From: Verrucomicrobiales bacterium
GTDB taxonomy: Bacteria; Verrucomicrobiota; Verrucomicrobiia; Limisphaerales; SXQI01
DNA length: 58,430 nucleotides
Direction of reading: 5' to 3'
Assembly: GCA_005793025.1 (NCBI GenBank)
Contig: SXQI01000074.1
Location: forward strand, 1 to 58,430
Position numbers and translations under genes: made by a program. Shown piece by piece: positions 38,178-47,946 of this stretch (position 1 is the stretch's first letter; each line of letters begins with the position of its first letter). The notes beneath the pieces were generated by a model that did not search any database, was not told the origin of the DNA, and worked only from the letters and a program-made list of their open reading frames with translations.

Positions 38178-39167
38178 TCAGTTCGAAGGTATTTCTCCCT
38201 CCGTTGAGCTCGTTGATGCCATCTTTGATAGCAACCGTTCATTGAGTTCACGAGCTGGGTTGTAGCCAGATCTCCTTAGTTTCATCTGGAATGCAGCGAC
38301 CTCTATGAGTCGCGCTAAATCGCGACCGGGTCTCACAGGAATTGTGATTTCAGGGATGTTTACACCTAAAATTGTGATGTGTTTTTCGTCGAGACCGAGT
38401 CGATCCACATCAGGAACATCATTCCAATTCTTCAAACAAATTACCAAATTCACTTCCTTCTCTTGGCGAATTGATTTCACACCAAACATCGCTGCAACGT
38501 TGATGATACCAATGCCGCGCACTTCCATGTGATTACGAGTGAGCTCCGAGGAGGTGCCTACAATGGTGCGGCCATCGAGTAATGTGACCTTGGTGACATC
38601 ATCAGATACTAGGGAATAACCTCTCTCGATCAGTGCTAGCACACTTTCACTTTTGCCGATGCCACTTTCCCCGCGAATGATCACCCCGATCCCTAGAATA
38701 TCCACCATCGATCCCATCTCTGTGCCGCGAGGCGCAAACATGGTTTCCAAGGCTAACGTTGCCATGTTGATGAACTTCATGGTGATTTGGGGAGCGATGA
38801 AAATGGGTATTCCCCTCGCCTCAGCAAGCCCTAATAGGGTTCGGTCCGGACGCAACCCTCGGCAAAAAACGATACAAGGCACTTTTTGTTGTAGTAGGAC
38901 TTGGTAACACTGATTCCGCTGGTCGAGTGTCAACGACTTGATGAAATGACACTCCGCATTACCCATGACTTGAACGCGCTTTTCTGCGAAGTATTTTTTG
39001 AAACCAGCCAAGGCCAACCCGGGACGATTCACCGTAGGTTCTCTAATGATTCGGACTAACCCGCTGGTACCGGCGACCAGTTTTAACCCCAATGACCCAT
39101 TATGATCATTAAAAAAGCGTTCCACGCTTACTTTGTCTCGAACAATGGGGGAAGGACGGTGCTGCAT
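38178..39167 (-). CDS. hprK: HPr kinase/phosphorylase
   Basis: Contains the GESGIGKSE P-loop and the MEVRGIGIINV and LIEVAA blocks. The ATG at 39167 lies 4 nt after the lptB stop, whereas the ORF-track start at 39248 would overlap lptB. Confidence 0.88.
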   Translation of the reverse strand: MQHRPSPIVRDKVSVERFFNDHNGSLGLKLVAGTSGLVRIIREPTVNRPGLALAGFKKYFAEKRVQVMGNAECHFIKSLTLDQRNQCYQVLLQQKVPCIVFCRGLRPDRTLLGLAEARGIPIFIAPQITMKFINMATLALETMFAPRGTEMGSMVDILGIGVIIRGESGIGKSESVLALIERGYSLVSDDVTKVTLLDGRTIVGTSSELTRNHMEVRGIGIINVAAMFGVKSIRQEKEVNLVICLKNWNDVPDVDRLGLDEKHITILGVNIPEITIPVRPGRDLARLIEVAAFQMKLRRSGYNPARELNERLLSKMASTSSTEGEIPSN

Positions 39168-39171
39168 AGGA

Positions 39172-39963
39172 TTACATATTGAACTCCGGACCCAAGTAGA
39201 TATCACGGGCCCTCGAGTCATTGACCACGAAGTCGGCCGAACCTTCAATCAAGACCTCACCACTTTTGATCAAATAAGCGCGGTCCACGAGCTTGAGAGT
39301 TTCCCTTGCGTTATGATCAGTGATCAGAATTCCGAGTCCTCGGTCTCTCAATCGACGAAGGATTTTTTGAACTTCATAGACAGTGATCGGGTCAATTCCA
39401 GAAAAAGGTTCGTCCAGCAGAAGCAGCTTGGGAGTGGTTACCAAAGCTCGGGTGATCTCCAAGCGGCGTTTTTCACCTCCCGAGAGTTGATACGCCTTAG
39501 ATTTCGCAAGCCCAGTCAGATCAAGTTCCTCTAGAAGGTATTGCAATCGAACCAAACGTTCCCTTCGGGTTAAACTGCAGGTCTCTAGAATCGCGAGAAT
39601 GTTCTGTTCAACCGTGAGTTTTCGAAACACGGATGGCTCTTGAGTGAGATAACCAATCCCGAGTCGTGCCCGATGATGCATGGCGACACCTGTGATCGGT
39701 TGGTCTTGAAAAAAAACTTTCCCTGCATCAGGTTTCACCACACCAACCACCATGTTGAAGGTTGTCGTTTTCCCCGCGCCGTTAGGTCCGAGTAATCCGA
39801 CTATCTCTCCGGGCGAAACTTTAATATCGACCTTGTTCACTACGCGCCGGCGTCTGTACATTTTGACAAGCCCCTCAGTGCGAAGCAATGGGGCTCGATC
39901 AGCAGTAGTTGCGGATCCTCTCGCGAGTTCAACCACAGATTGATTTGATGTTAGTTGAGACAA
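39172..39963 (-). CDS. lptB: LPS export ABC transporter ATP-binding protein
   Basis: Contains GLLGPNGAGKTT, LSGGEKRRLEI, LLLDEPFSGIDP and ITDHN. The start is uncertain: TTG at 39963, GTG at 39936, or TTG at 39888. The last gives the canonical N-terminal length. Confidence 0.85.
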   Translation of the reverse strand: MSQLTSNQSVVELARGSATTADRAPLLRTEGLVKMYRRRRVVNKVDIKVSPGEIVGLLGPNGAGKTTTFNMVVGVVKPDAGKVFFQDQPITGVAMHHRARLGIGYLTQEPSVFRKLTVEQNILAILETCSLTRRERLVRLQYLLEELDLTGLAKSKAYQLSGGEKRRLEITRALVTTPKLLLLDEPFSGIDPITVYEVQKILRRLRDRGLGILITDHNARETLKLVDRAYLIKSGEVLIEGSADFVVNDSRARDIYLGPEFNM

Positions 39964-40092
39964 TCTGAGTTTAAATTGCCGACGTTCGGATTTGTTGGCA
40001 ACCCAAGAGTTGGCTCGCCGGATTGGTTCTTTGCCTACTTCCTTTCATCCGTTAGTGTCTGCTTTCCGATTTACCAATCAAACACTGAATCT

Positions 40093-41337
40093 ATGTGGCA
40101 GCTTTTACGACGTGTCTCACTCACACAATGGATCTTGGTCTCAATGGTGGCGGGTATTCTTATCGGTTACTATTATCCCCAAGAATCCCAGAGCGTAAAA
40201 GTCATCTCCAACGTGTTCCTCAAGATGATTAAATGCATTCTCGTTCCGCTAGTATTCGGTACCTTGGTGGTGGGGATTGCCGGACATAGTGATGATTTAA
40301 AGGGGGTCGGTCGGCTTGCATTCAAATCGATTCTTTATTTTGAGGTAGTCACAACCCTTGCGTTGGTGATTGGGTTAGCTGCTGTCAACTTGGCAACTCC
40401 GGGTATTGGAACCAAATTACCCCTCCCGGCATCGTCGCAAGAACTCACGGCTCCGGCACACGTTACGTTCAGTAGTATCATCGAACATATTGTGCCGAAG
40501 AGTTTCTTCGAAGCCGCTGCCTCCAACGATGTACTGCAAGTTGTCTTCTTTGCGATGCTGTTCGGCGTGGCGTTAGCCCAGGTGCCCTCCGCTCAAAGGG
40601 AACCAATGTTGCGGTTTTGCGAGAGTTTGACGGAAGTGATGTTCAAATTCACAGGGCTTGTCATGAAATTCGCCCCACTCGGTATTGGAGCTGCAATGGC
40701 TTACACCGTGGGACACAGTGGATTGGGTATGCTGATTAATCTCGGAAAGCTTATCCTAACACTTTATGTAGCTCTCGTAGTGTTCTGCTTGGTGGTTTTT
40801 CTCCCAATAGCTTTTTGGATTCGGTTACCCATTAAGAAATTTCTTAGCTTACTCCGCGAACCCATTATTCTTGCATTCACTACAACATCCTCCGACGCAG
40901 CCATGCCGGATGCTATGAAGCGATTAGTGAGTTTTGGGGTTCCCAAGAGGATAGTTTCATTTGTGATGCCGCTGGGTTACTCCTTCAATCTGGATGGTTC
41001 CACCCTTTATCTCGCGGTGGCTTCTGTCTTCGTAGCCCAAGCAGCCGGAATCCCGTTAACATGGGGTCAACAACTAACAATGATGCTCATGCTGATGTTG
41101 ACTAGCAAAGGGATGGCAGGAATCCCTAGGGCCTCCCAAGTGATTCTAGCTGGCACTCTAGTTAGTTTTAACCTCCCATTGGAGGGAATCATCTTGATCA
41201 TCGGGGTGGACGAACTCATGGATATGGCCCGCACTTCGGTCAATCTTGTGGGTAACTGTTTGGCAACGACCGTGATGGCCCACTGTGAGGGAGAGGTAGG
41301 TTGGATTTCAAAGGATCCCACCCCAATCCAAAGTTAA
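40093..41337 (+). CDS. dicarboxylate/amino acid:cation symporter (DAACS family)
   Basis: A polytopic protein with FTTTSSDAAMP (SSxA-like motif), DGSTLY and VDELMDMARTSVNLVGN blocks. The ATG at 40093 fits the family N-terminus. Confidence 0.85.
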   Translation: MWQLLRRVSLTQWILVSMVAGILIGYYYPQESQSVKVISNVFLKMIKCILVPLVFGTLVVGIAGHSDDLKGVGRLAFKSILYFEVVTTLALVIGLAAVNLATPGIGTKLPLPASSQELTAPAHVTFSSIIEHIVPKSFFEAAASNDVLQVVFFAMLFGVALAQVPSAQREPMLRFCESLTEVMFKFTGLVMKFAPLGIGAAMAYTVGHSGLGMLINLGKLILTLYVALVVFCLVVFLPIAFWIRLPIKKFLSLLREPIILAFTTTSSDAAMPDAMKRLVSFGVPKRIVSFVMPLGYSFNLDGSTLYLAVASVFVAQAAGIPLTWGQQLTMMLMLMLTSKGMAGIPRASQVILAGTLVSFNLPLEGIILIIGVDELMDMARTSVNLVGNCLATTVMAHCEGEVGWISKDPTPIQS

Positions 41338-41444
41338 AATGACCTAAAAGCGTTCCTCTCCGAGTGCTTTATGCTCAGGATTCCGCTGTCAGGGTTTACA
41401 TTTCCATGTTGATTTGAGTTTAGAACTTGGCATGAATTAGGGCG

Positions 41445-44400
41445 TTGAACCCATTGAGAGAGCATCAGGCGCAGAACCTAGCATTGCGCAAGAATCGTGT
41501 GCTGTGGTTTCTCCTCTTTTTCGTTTTTGTTCTTTGTGACACAGTCGTCGCGGTTGATCAGAAGGTTTGGAGGGCGATTCCCGGAGGCCGATTGCGCGGT
41601 TTGGCAGCGTTCAACACGAATTCACCACCCGGATTTAAGCAACTCCACAATGCAGATATTGGAGTATCTTTTACGAATACTTTACCACATCTGTTGGCGA
41701 GCTTTAGGCAGTTTTCTTTGAATGGGGCAGGGGTGGCTTTGGGCGATTTTGATAACGACGGTTTGCCAGATGTCTTTTTTTGCAACAAAGGCGGACCCAA
41801 TAAACTTTACCGGAATCTAGGTCTGTGGCATTTCCAAGACGTGACGGAAGCGATGGGCCTTTCTGCCACCAATAAATCCTCGACTGGAGCTTTGTTTGCA
41901 GACTCGAACGGCGATGGTTGGCAGGACCTCGTGATCACCGTTTTTGGGGAATCCAGTGAAATCCTGATCAACAACAACGGGAAAAGCTTCACAAAACTCG
42001 CAACCCCACTATTTGGTTCGTCTCGGGGGAATATGACTTCGATCGCAGCGTCCGATGTGGATGGGGATGGCCGATTGGATTTATATTTTTGTAACTTCGG
42101 TTTGGAATCTATTGGCGGAGACGGAATTACCCTCGCGACCCGCGTCATCAACGGCGAGACAAAAGTCCAAGGCCGTTTCGCCAACCGAGCCAAAATCATC
42201 AACGGAAAACTCGTTGAGTATGGCGACCAAGATATCCTCCTTGGAAACCTTGGTGACAGAGGGTTTCAACCTAGGAATTGGGAGGATTTTTTCAGAAACA
42301 CTGAGGGTAAACCACTGCGGGCCCCGTGGGATTTCGGTTTGGCGGTTCAAATCCGGGATATTAACGGGGATGGTGCCCCTGATATCTATGTCTGTAACGA
42401 TTTCCAGACACCAGATCGTCTGTGGCTGAACGATAAGACGGGTAAATTCAAGCTAGCACCAACCCGCACGCAACGAACAATGGCCTATGCTTCGATGGGG
42501 GTAGATTTCGCCGATATTAATCGTGATGGACTGCTGGATTTCATCACGGTTGAGATGTTGCCAAAATTAAACACCCGACGTGTTCAGGAGCGGTTGCCTC
42601 ATGAGATCGGTCGGCGTGAGTGGAATTCGGGTCTAGAATTGGAACAAGTTGCGCGAAACTGCCTTTATTTGAATGTAGGGGACGGCACTTATTCTGAAAT
42701 TGCCCAATTCGCTGGTCTAGCTGCGACCGACTGGTCTTGGACGCCTCTGTTCCTCGATGTGGATCTCGATGGTTTTGAGGATTTACTCGTAACCAATGGG
42801 AACCTCAAAGATATGAATCATTGGGATGCTATTGGGGCCGACAAAACCGCCCATCAAGGTGTGCTTTCAAAAAGAGACCTCCCCCTCATCACCCCGAACG
42901 CTGCCTACCGAAATCAACGTGATTTGACTTTCTCTGACATGCATTCCGCCTGGGGGTTTAATGCCACAAACATCTCCCAAGGGATGGCGACCGCAGATTT
43001 AGATGGCGACGGCGATTTGGATGTTGTGGTCAATTGCTTAAATTCGCCCCCTCTTTTTTATAGGAATGAGAGTAGTGCATCTAGATTAAAGGTAAAACTG
43101 GCAGGTTCGCCGCCAAACCGGTTCGGAGTGGGAGCTCAAATTCTTGTTCGAAACGGCGCGGTTCTACAGTCACAGGAGATTATCTGTGGCGGTCAGTACC
43201 TTTCTGCCTCAGAAATGGTCCGCACTTTTGCTGGGTTCTCACACACCAACCTGCTGGATATTGAGGTTCGATGGCGCAATGGCCGGCGATCATTCCTCAG
43301 TCAGGTTCCAACAAACACTGAGTTAGAAGTGGAGGAAACCTCCTCAATCATCATCGAAAAGAAAGGACACGATCCGTCGAGGATTGAAACCTCCTTATTC
43401 AGCCTGACTGAAGGACCTCCTAGCCGGGAAGCAGCCCTCCCCGAATTTGATGACTACGCCACTCAACCATTGCTCCACCGAAAAATGAGTCATGCAGGAC
43501 CCGGACTTGCAGTTGCCGATTTCAACCAAGACGGTCGGCCCGACTTACTTGTTGGTGCCAAATCCGGAGGGAAAATGACGGTTGAACTAAACCTTGCGAG
43601 CGGATGGGAAAAGTGGGAACCAAATCAACTTTCCGGCTTTGGTGAATTTGGAAGTGGGACGCCGGAAACTCCAACCCGAGAGTGGAATTTTGATGAATCA
43701 ATAGTAGGTCAAGCAGCATCGGTTGTCACATGGACCAATAGTTCAGGGGAACTCAATCTCGCCGCCACAATTTCCAGTGGGCAAGGAGGAACTGGACAAG
43801 TCCGAATCGCCCGCCTTCGACGAGGACAATTGGTTGGCTCGGTCGCATTACTCCTTGGAAATAATCCATCAGCCTTAGCAGTTGGCGACCTCAACGGGGA
43901 TGGAAAAATGGAATTATTCGTAGGGGGTGGTTCTATTAAGGACCGTTGGCCAATGCCTAGTCAATCCGTCCTTTTGCGGGAGACAAAACGGGGTTGGGAG
44001 AGGGACGAAGCTGTTACAACCGCACTGGGAGCTTGCGGATTGGTGAGTGCGGCGCAATGGGTTGATATTAACGGGGATCATCAATCGGATCTCGTCACAG
44101 TCGGTGAGTGGGGGGCTCCACAGATCTACATCAACAAGCATGGTGTGCTGCAATCAGTTGGGGGTGAATGGGGGGTTGCAGATCAACAGGGTTGGTGGAA
44201 TGGTCTCGCTGCTGGGGATTTCGATCGAGACGGGAAACTGGACTTGTTAATTAGCAATTGGGGCTTAAATACCCCATGGTCCTCTGCATCCAACTCAACA
44301 ATCAAGTGGGGTTACGGAGACCGCGATGGGGCTTCCTCGTTTGTGCTCATCGAGGCGGCATTCGATCCTCTTCTCAGGTTTATCACCCCGCAACGATCGT

Positions 44401-44912
44401 TAGGTGAATTAGCTGAGGTCTGGACCGGTTTTCGTGAACGTTTCCCGACTCACGCCTCCTTTTCGGCGATTAGTATCGACGAAGCTTGGGGTCACGCCGC
44501 CCCTCGGATGCAGGGTGTCGAAGCAAAACAATGGAACACTACCCTTTTCCTCAACCGTGGAAATCGCTTTGAGGCTCGTCCTCTGCCCCAGATTGCTCAG
44601 TTGGCACCAGCCTTCGGCATCGGTGTCGCAGACTTGAACGGAGATGGTTTTCTAGACGCTGTGCTAGCCCAAAACTTCTTCGCACTGCGTCCCGGAGTAT
44701 CGCGATGCGACGCAGGGCAGGGGTTGGTGTTATTAGGCGATGGTGGAGGCGGATTTCGACCATTAACTTCCACCGAAAGTGGAGTGGCAACGGAGGGTGA
44801 ACAACGTGCCGTTGTCATTGCAGATTTTAACGACGACGGAGAACCTGACTTTGCAGTATCCGAATACGGACAGCCCGTAAAAATCTGGCAGACCATCACA
44901 GCACCGAAATAA
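41445..44912 (+). CDS. large secreted FG-GAP/VCBS repeat protein with central ASPIC/UnbV-like module (CRTAC1-like, double propeller)
   Basis: Seven D.DGDG.(x)D FG-GAP repeats are followed by GVGAQILV...QEIICGGQYLSASE (ASPIC/UnbV-like) and then six more FG-GAP repeats. The start is a TTG at 41445 or 41484; the latter gives MRKNRVLWFLLFF. Confidence 0.8.
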   Translation: MNPLREHQAQNLALRKNRVLWFLLFFVFVLCDTVVAVDQKVWRAIPGGRLRGLAAFNTNSPPGFKQLHNADIGVSFTNTLPHLLASFRQFSLNGAGVALGDFDNDGLPDVFFCNKGGPNKLYRNLGLWHFQDVTEAMGLSATNKSSTGALFADSNGDGWQDLVITVFGESSEILINNNGKSFTKLATPLFGSSRGNMTSIAASDVDGDGRLDLYFCNFGLESIGGDGITLATRVINGETKVQGRFANRAKIINGKLVEYGDQDILLGNLGDRGFQPRNWEDFFRNTEGKPLRAPWDFGLAVQIRDINGDGAPDIYVCNDFQTPDRLWLNDKTGKFKLAPTRTQRTMAYASMGVDFADINRDGLLDFITVEMLPKLNTRRVQERLPHEIGRREWNSGLELEQVARNCLYLNVGDGTYSEIAQFAGLAATDWSWTPLFLDVDLDGFEDLLVTNGNLKDMNHWDAIGADKTAHQGVLSKRDLPLITPNAAYRNQRDLTFSDMHSAWGFNATNISQGMATADLDGDGDLDVVVNCLNSPPLFYRNESSASRLKVKLAGSPPNRFGVGAQILVRNGAVLQSQEIICGGQYLSASEMVRTFAGFSHTNLLDIEVRWRNGRRSFLSQVPTNTELEVEETSSIIIEKKGHDPSRIETSLFSLTEGPPSREAALPEFDDYATQPLLHRKMSHAGPGLAVADFNQDGRPDLLVGAKSGGKMTVELNLASGWEKWEPNQLSGFGEFGSGTPETPTREWNFDESIVGQAASVVTWTNSSGELNLAATISSGQGGTGQVRIARLRRGQLVGSVALLLGNNPSALAVGDLNGDGKMELFVGGGSIKDRWPMPSQSVLLRETKRGWERDEAVTTALGACGLVSAAQWVDINGDHQSDLVTVGEWGAPQIYINKHGVLQSVGGEWGVADQQGWWNGLAAGDFDRDGKLDLLISNWGLNTPWSSASNSTIKWGYGDRDGASSFVLIEAAFDPLLRFITPQRSLGELAEVWTGFRERFPTHASFSAISIDEAWGHAAPRMQGVEAKQWNTTLFLNRGNRFEARPLPQIAQLAPAFGIGVADLNGDGFLDAVLAQNFFALRPGVSRCDAGQGLVLLGDGGGGFRPLTSTESGVATEGEQRAVVIADFNDDGEPDFAVSEYGQPVKIWQTITAPK

Positions 44913-45092
44913 ACAATCGAGCTGGGCTTGCATTCTTGAAGGTTCCATGGGACTCTAAGGCGGGTTTGATTGCTAAACTCTTTTTTATGGCCTCCTATTG
45001 ATGGCCTTTCTTGTTAGCAATTATTTGCTCACCCTTGTGCCGAAAGTGAACTCTTGCGATAGATTTGCAAGGGGCCGCTGCTTTTTAGCAGC

Positions 45093-45122
45093 TTGACTCT
45101 AGGCGTTCCCGTTCCATAGTAA
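45093..45122 (+). promoter_or_regulatory. putative sigma-70-like promoter of rpoD
   Basis: TTGACT (45093-45098), a 16-18 nt spacer, then CATAGT/TAGTAA (45115-45122), about 40 nt upstream of the ATG. This is a sequence-only guess. Confidence 0.25.
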
Positions 45123-45160
45123 ACTGTTGGTTTGTTGTCCTTTTTGCATTTATTTTTTAT

Positions 45161-47158
45161 ATGGTGAAAGCCAAGGCGAAGAAATCCGCGACTCCTCCGG
45201 TCGCCAAGTTAAAGAAAACGGTCAAACCCGTTTCCGTAAAAGCGATTGTGCGTAAGGCCAAGAAACCATCTGCACGGGTTCCTTCCAAAGGTAAGGGTGC
45301 CAAACTTGCAGAGAAGCCTACCAAAAAACTTCCCGGTAAAAAATCGGCCGTGAAGGCTGTCCGCGAGAGCGCAGGTCGGGTTCCTCAAAAGCGAACCGGC
45401 AAGGTGAAAGAGGCGAAAGCAGTAGGCGAAAAAAAACAGGCACCAAACCCCAAGGGTTCCGGTAGCAAAGGGTTAGCAGCTCCGTTGCCGCTTTCGAACT
45501 CAATTGGGGTACCTGCCGTTCCACCCTTAGGGCTCGACGTTACAGAAAAAGTCAAAGAACTCGTCCGGTTGGCGAAGGAACAAGGTTACCTTACCCACAA
45601 CGACATCAACGATTCTCTAGGTGATAATACCCCAACCCCGGATGACCTAGATGAGATATACACAAAACTCCACAACCTCGATGTTGAGATTGTAGATCAG
45701 GCTGAGGTGGATGTTGCCAAACAGCCCGAGCCTGAGGAGGAAGAAGTTAAGGAGGACTCGAAGCTACGGCTGGATATTCTGGATGATCCCGTTCGGATGT
45801 ATCTCAAGCAAATGGGGCAGGTACCTTTGCTGACGCGCGAGCAGGAAGTAGAAATTTGCAAACGTATCGAGGTCGCCGAGGAGCAGGTTCGCAATATCAT
45901 TTACGGATTCGGATTTACGGCCAAGGAGCACATTGCGCTTGCTGAGAAATTGCTATCTGAACCTCCCAAAGAGCGATTTGATCGTGTCATCGTCGACAAA
46001 AAAATTGACAGCCGAGATGCTCACCACAAGGAGCTACGACGTCTCCTGAAGAGTGTTCGGAAAATTGAGTTGGAAGTAGATAAAGTTTATCTCACTTGGC
46101 AAGCAGCTGGGGGAAAGGCAGATAAACACCAAACGGCGTTTCAGAAGCTCGATCTAAAACTTCAAAAAACTTTCCCGAAATTCTTTTACAAACAAAAAGT
46201 GCTCGAGGAAATGGCAGTAGTCGCGGACAACATTCACGATAAACTTCAAACAAGTTTACGGGTGATCCACGATTTAGAGCACCAGAAACACGTCTCTCAA
46301 AAAAACCAATTGATTCAGGCCGAACAACGCAAGGTCAATGCCCTCGAAGAGTTCGTCAGGATGCCTGCGAATCAATACCTGAAATCCCACGCTCAGTTGA
46401 AAGATTTCGCTGAAAAAGCTCACCAAGCAAAGACTGAAATGGTTGAGGCTAATCTTCGGCTGGTGATTTCGATTGCTAAGAAATATACCAATCGTGGTCT
46501 ATCATTTCTGGATCTCATTCAGGAGGGTAACATGGGCCTCATGAAGGGGGTTGAGAAATTCGAATATCGCCGAGGGTTTAAATTCTCCACCTACGCCACT
46601 TGGTGGATCAGGCAGGCTATAACTCGTTCCGTTGCAGATCAGGCCCGCACAATCCGAATTCCTGTACATATGATCGAGGTCATCAATAAATTGATGCGCG
46701 TTCAAAAGCAGCTAGTACAGGATTATGGAAGGGAACCAACGCCCGAGGAAATTGCTGATGAAATGGAGCTGCCGGTCGAGCGTGTCAGGGCTATTCTCAA
46801 AATGGCCCAGCAACCGATCTCCCTACAGTCTCCTGTGGGGGACAGTGACGAGGCGAATTTTGGTGATTTTATCGAGGATAAGAAAGCCGAGAACCCAATG
46901 GACATGACTAGCTACAGCATGTTGAAATCTAAGTTGGGAGATGTCCTTGGTAGTTTGACAGAACGTGAACGAAAAATCCTTGAACTACGCTTTGGACTAG
47001 TAGACGGATACGCCAGAACTTTGGAAGAAATCGGAAAACAATTCAAAGTCACCCGGGAACGTATTCGTCAGATCGAAGCTAAAGGGTTAAGGAAACTAAG
47101 ACACCCCACTCGAATTCGCCACTTACAGGGCTTCCTAGATACTGAGGAAGTTGCCTAA
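45161..47158 (+). CDS. rpoD: primary RNA polymerase sigma factor with lysine-rich N-terminal extension
   Basis: Region 1.2 [11 protein letters not shown], region 2 [44 protein letters not shown], region 3, and region 4.2 [20 protein letters not shown]. Confidence 0.93.
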   Translation: MVKAKAKKSATPPVAKLKKTVKPVSVKAIVRKAKKPSARVPSKGKGAKLAEKPTKKLPGKKSAVKAVRESAGRVPQKRTGKVKEAKAVGEKKQAPNPKGSGSKGLAAPLPLSNSIGVPAVPPLGLDVTEKVKELVRLAKEQGYLTHNDINDSLGDNTPTPDDLDEIYTKLHNLDVEIVDQAEVDVAKQPEPEEEEVKEDSKLRLDILDDPVRMYLKQMGQVPLLTREQEVEICKRIEVAEEQVRNIIYGFGFTAKEHIALAEKLLSEPPKERFDRVIVDKKIDSRDAHHKELRRLLKSVRKIELEVDKVYLTWQAAGGKADKHQTAFQKLDLKLQKTFPKFFYKQKVLEEMAVVADNIHDKLQTSLRVIHDLEHQKHVSQKNQLIQAEQRKVNALEEFVRMPANQYLKSHAQLKDFAEKAHQAKTEMVEANLRLVISIAKKYTNRGLSFLDLIQEGNMGLMKGVEKFEYRRGFKFSTYATWWIRQAITRSVADQARTIRIPVHMIEVINKLMRVQKQLVQDYGREPTPEEIADEMELPVERVRAILKMAQQPISLQSPVGDSDEANFGDFIEDKKAENPMDMTSYSMLKSKLGDVLGSLTERERKILELRFGLVDGYARTLEEIGKQFKVTRERIRQIEAKGLRKLRHPTRIRHLQGFLDTEEVA

Positions 47159-47173
47159 TTAATCATCCCACAG

Positions 47174-47201
47174 CCCCATCCACTCCTCAGAGTGGGTGGG
47201 G
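47174..47201. terminator. 12-bp stem hairpin between convergent rpoD and rdgB (candidate bidirectional terminator)
   Basis: CCCCATCCACTC-CTCA-GAGTGGGTGGGG with one G-U pair. It starts 16 nt after the rpoD stop and includes the last five codons and the stop of rdgB. There is no clear U-tract on either strand. Confidence 0.45.
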
Positions 47202-47864
47202 TTGCGTGAACCATTGGTTGAGTTTTTGGAGTGCAGCAGCCCGATGGCTCAATCGATTTTTTACCTGCTCACCCAATTCCGCAAACGACTGATCAAAGCC
47301 TAGGGGAGCAAAGACGGGATCGTAACCGAATCCCATCGTTCCTCGGGGTTCTTTCAGGATTCGACCTTCGCAAGCTCCAACAAAAAATTCCGTTTCGGGA
47401 TCAATTGCAGTCGGACAATTCTGTTGATTATTAGGATTACGAAGAGGCATTAGTGCAAGCACGCAACGAAATCGTGCCGTCCGGTTAGCTTCTGCAACAT
47501 TTCCTAGAAGATTCAATAACTTCTTGGTATTAGCGTCATCAGGGGCATTGCCTACGGTGTCACTGTTAAGGTTTGCAAACCGTGCAGAATGGACACCCGG
47601 TGCTCCTTCTAGTGCATCAACTTCCAGACCAGAGTCGTCAGCGAGGACGTAGGATTCTCTCCAATCGCTAGGGCGGTTATACAAATAATTGACGAGTGAA
47701 TCGGCTTTTTTCGCGGCATTACCTCGAAACGAGTTCGCATCCTCCAGGACTTCCGGGGCTTGTGGATAATCTCGAAGTGAAAGCCAACGAATGCCTTTCG
47801 GCAGGATTGAATGGATTTCCTCTATTTTATGCTGGTTCCTTGTCGCGATGAGGATCGTCTTCAT
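47187..47864 (-). CDS. rdgB: non-canonical purine NTP pyrophosphatase (RdgB/HAM1)
   Basis: Contains ILIATRNQHKIEE, DDSGLEVDAL.G.PGV.SAR, FGYDP.F and SHR blocks. Confidence 0.88.
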   Translation of the reverse strand: MKTILIATRNQHKIEEIHSILPKGIRWLSLRDYPQAPEVLEDANSFRGNAAKKADSLVNYLYNRPSDWRESYVLADDSGLEVDALEGAPGVHSARFANLNSDTVGNAPDDANTKKLLNLLGNVAEANRTARFRCVLALMPLRNPNNQQNCPTAIDPETEFFVGACEGRILKEPRGTMGFGYDPVFAPLGFDQSFAELGEQVKNRLSHRAAALQKLNQWFTQPHPL

Positions 47865-47946
47865 AGGTGAAGCGATGTTGAAACGGGTGAGAAATGTCTT
47901 TCGAGATCGTTGAATTTAATCTCCAAGCGATCCTTGGCTCTTGGTG

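Noticed and set aside
39955-40092. N-terminal extensions in the ORF track, at 39955-40092, 52025-52093, 25932-26039, 25250-25282, 39168-39248 and 23803-23838.
   Set aside because: Each extension overlaps the neighbouring gene or adds non-homologous residues ahead of a canonical family N-terminus. An in-frame ATG at the expected position removes the problem in every case.
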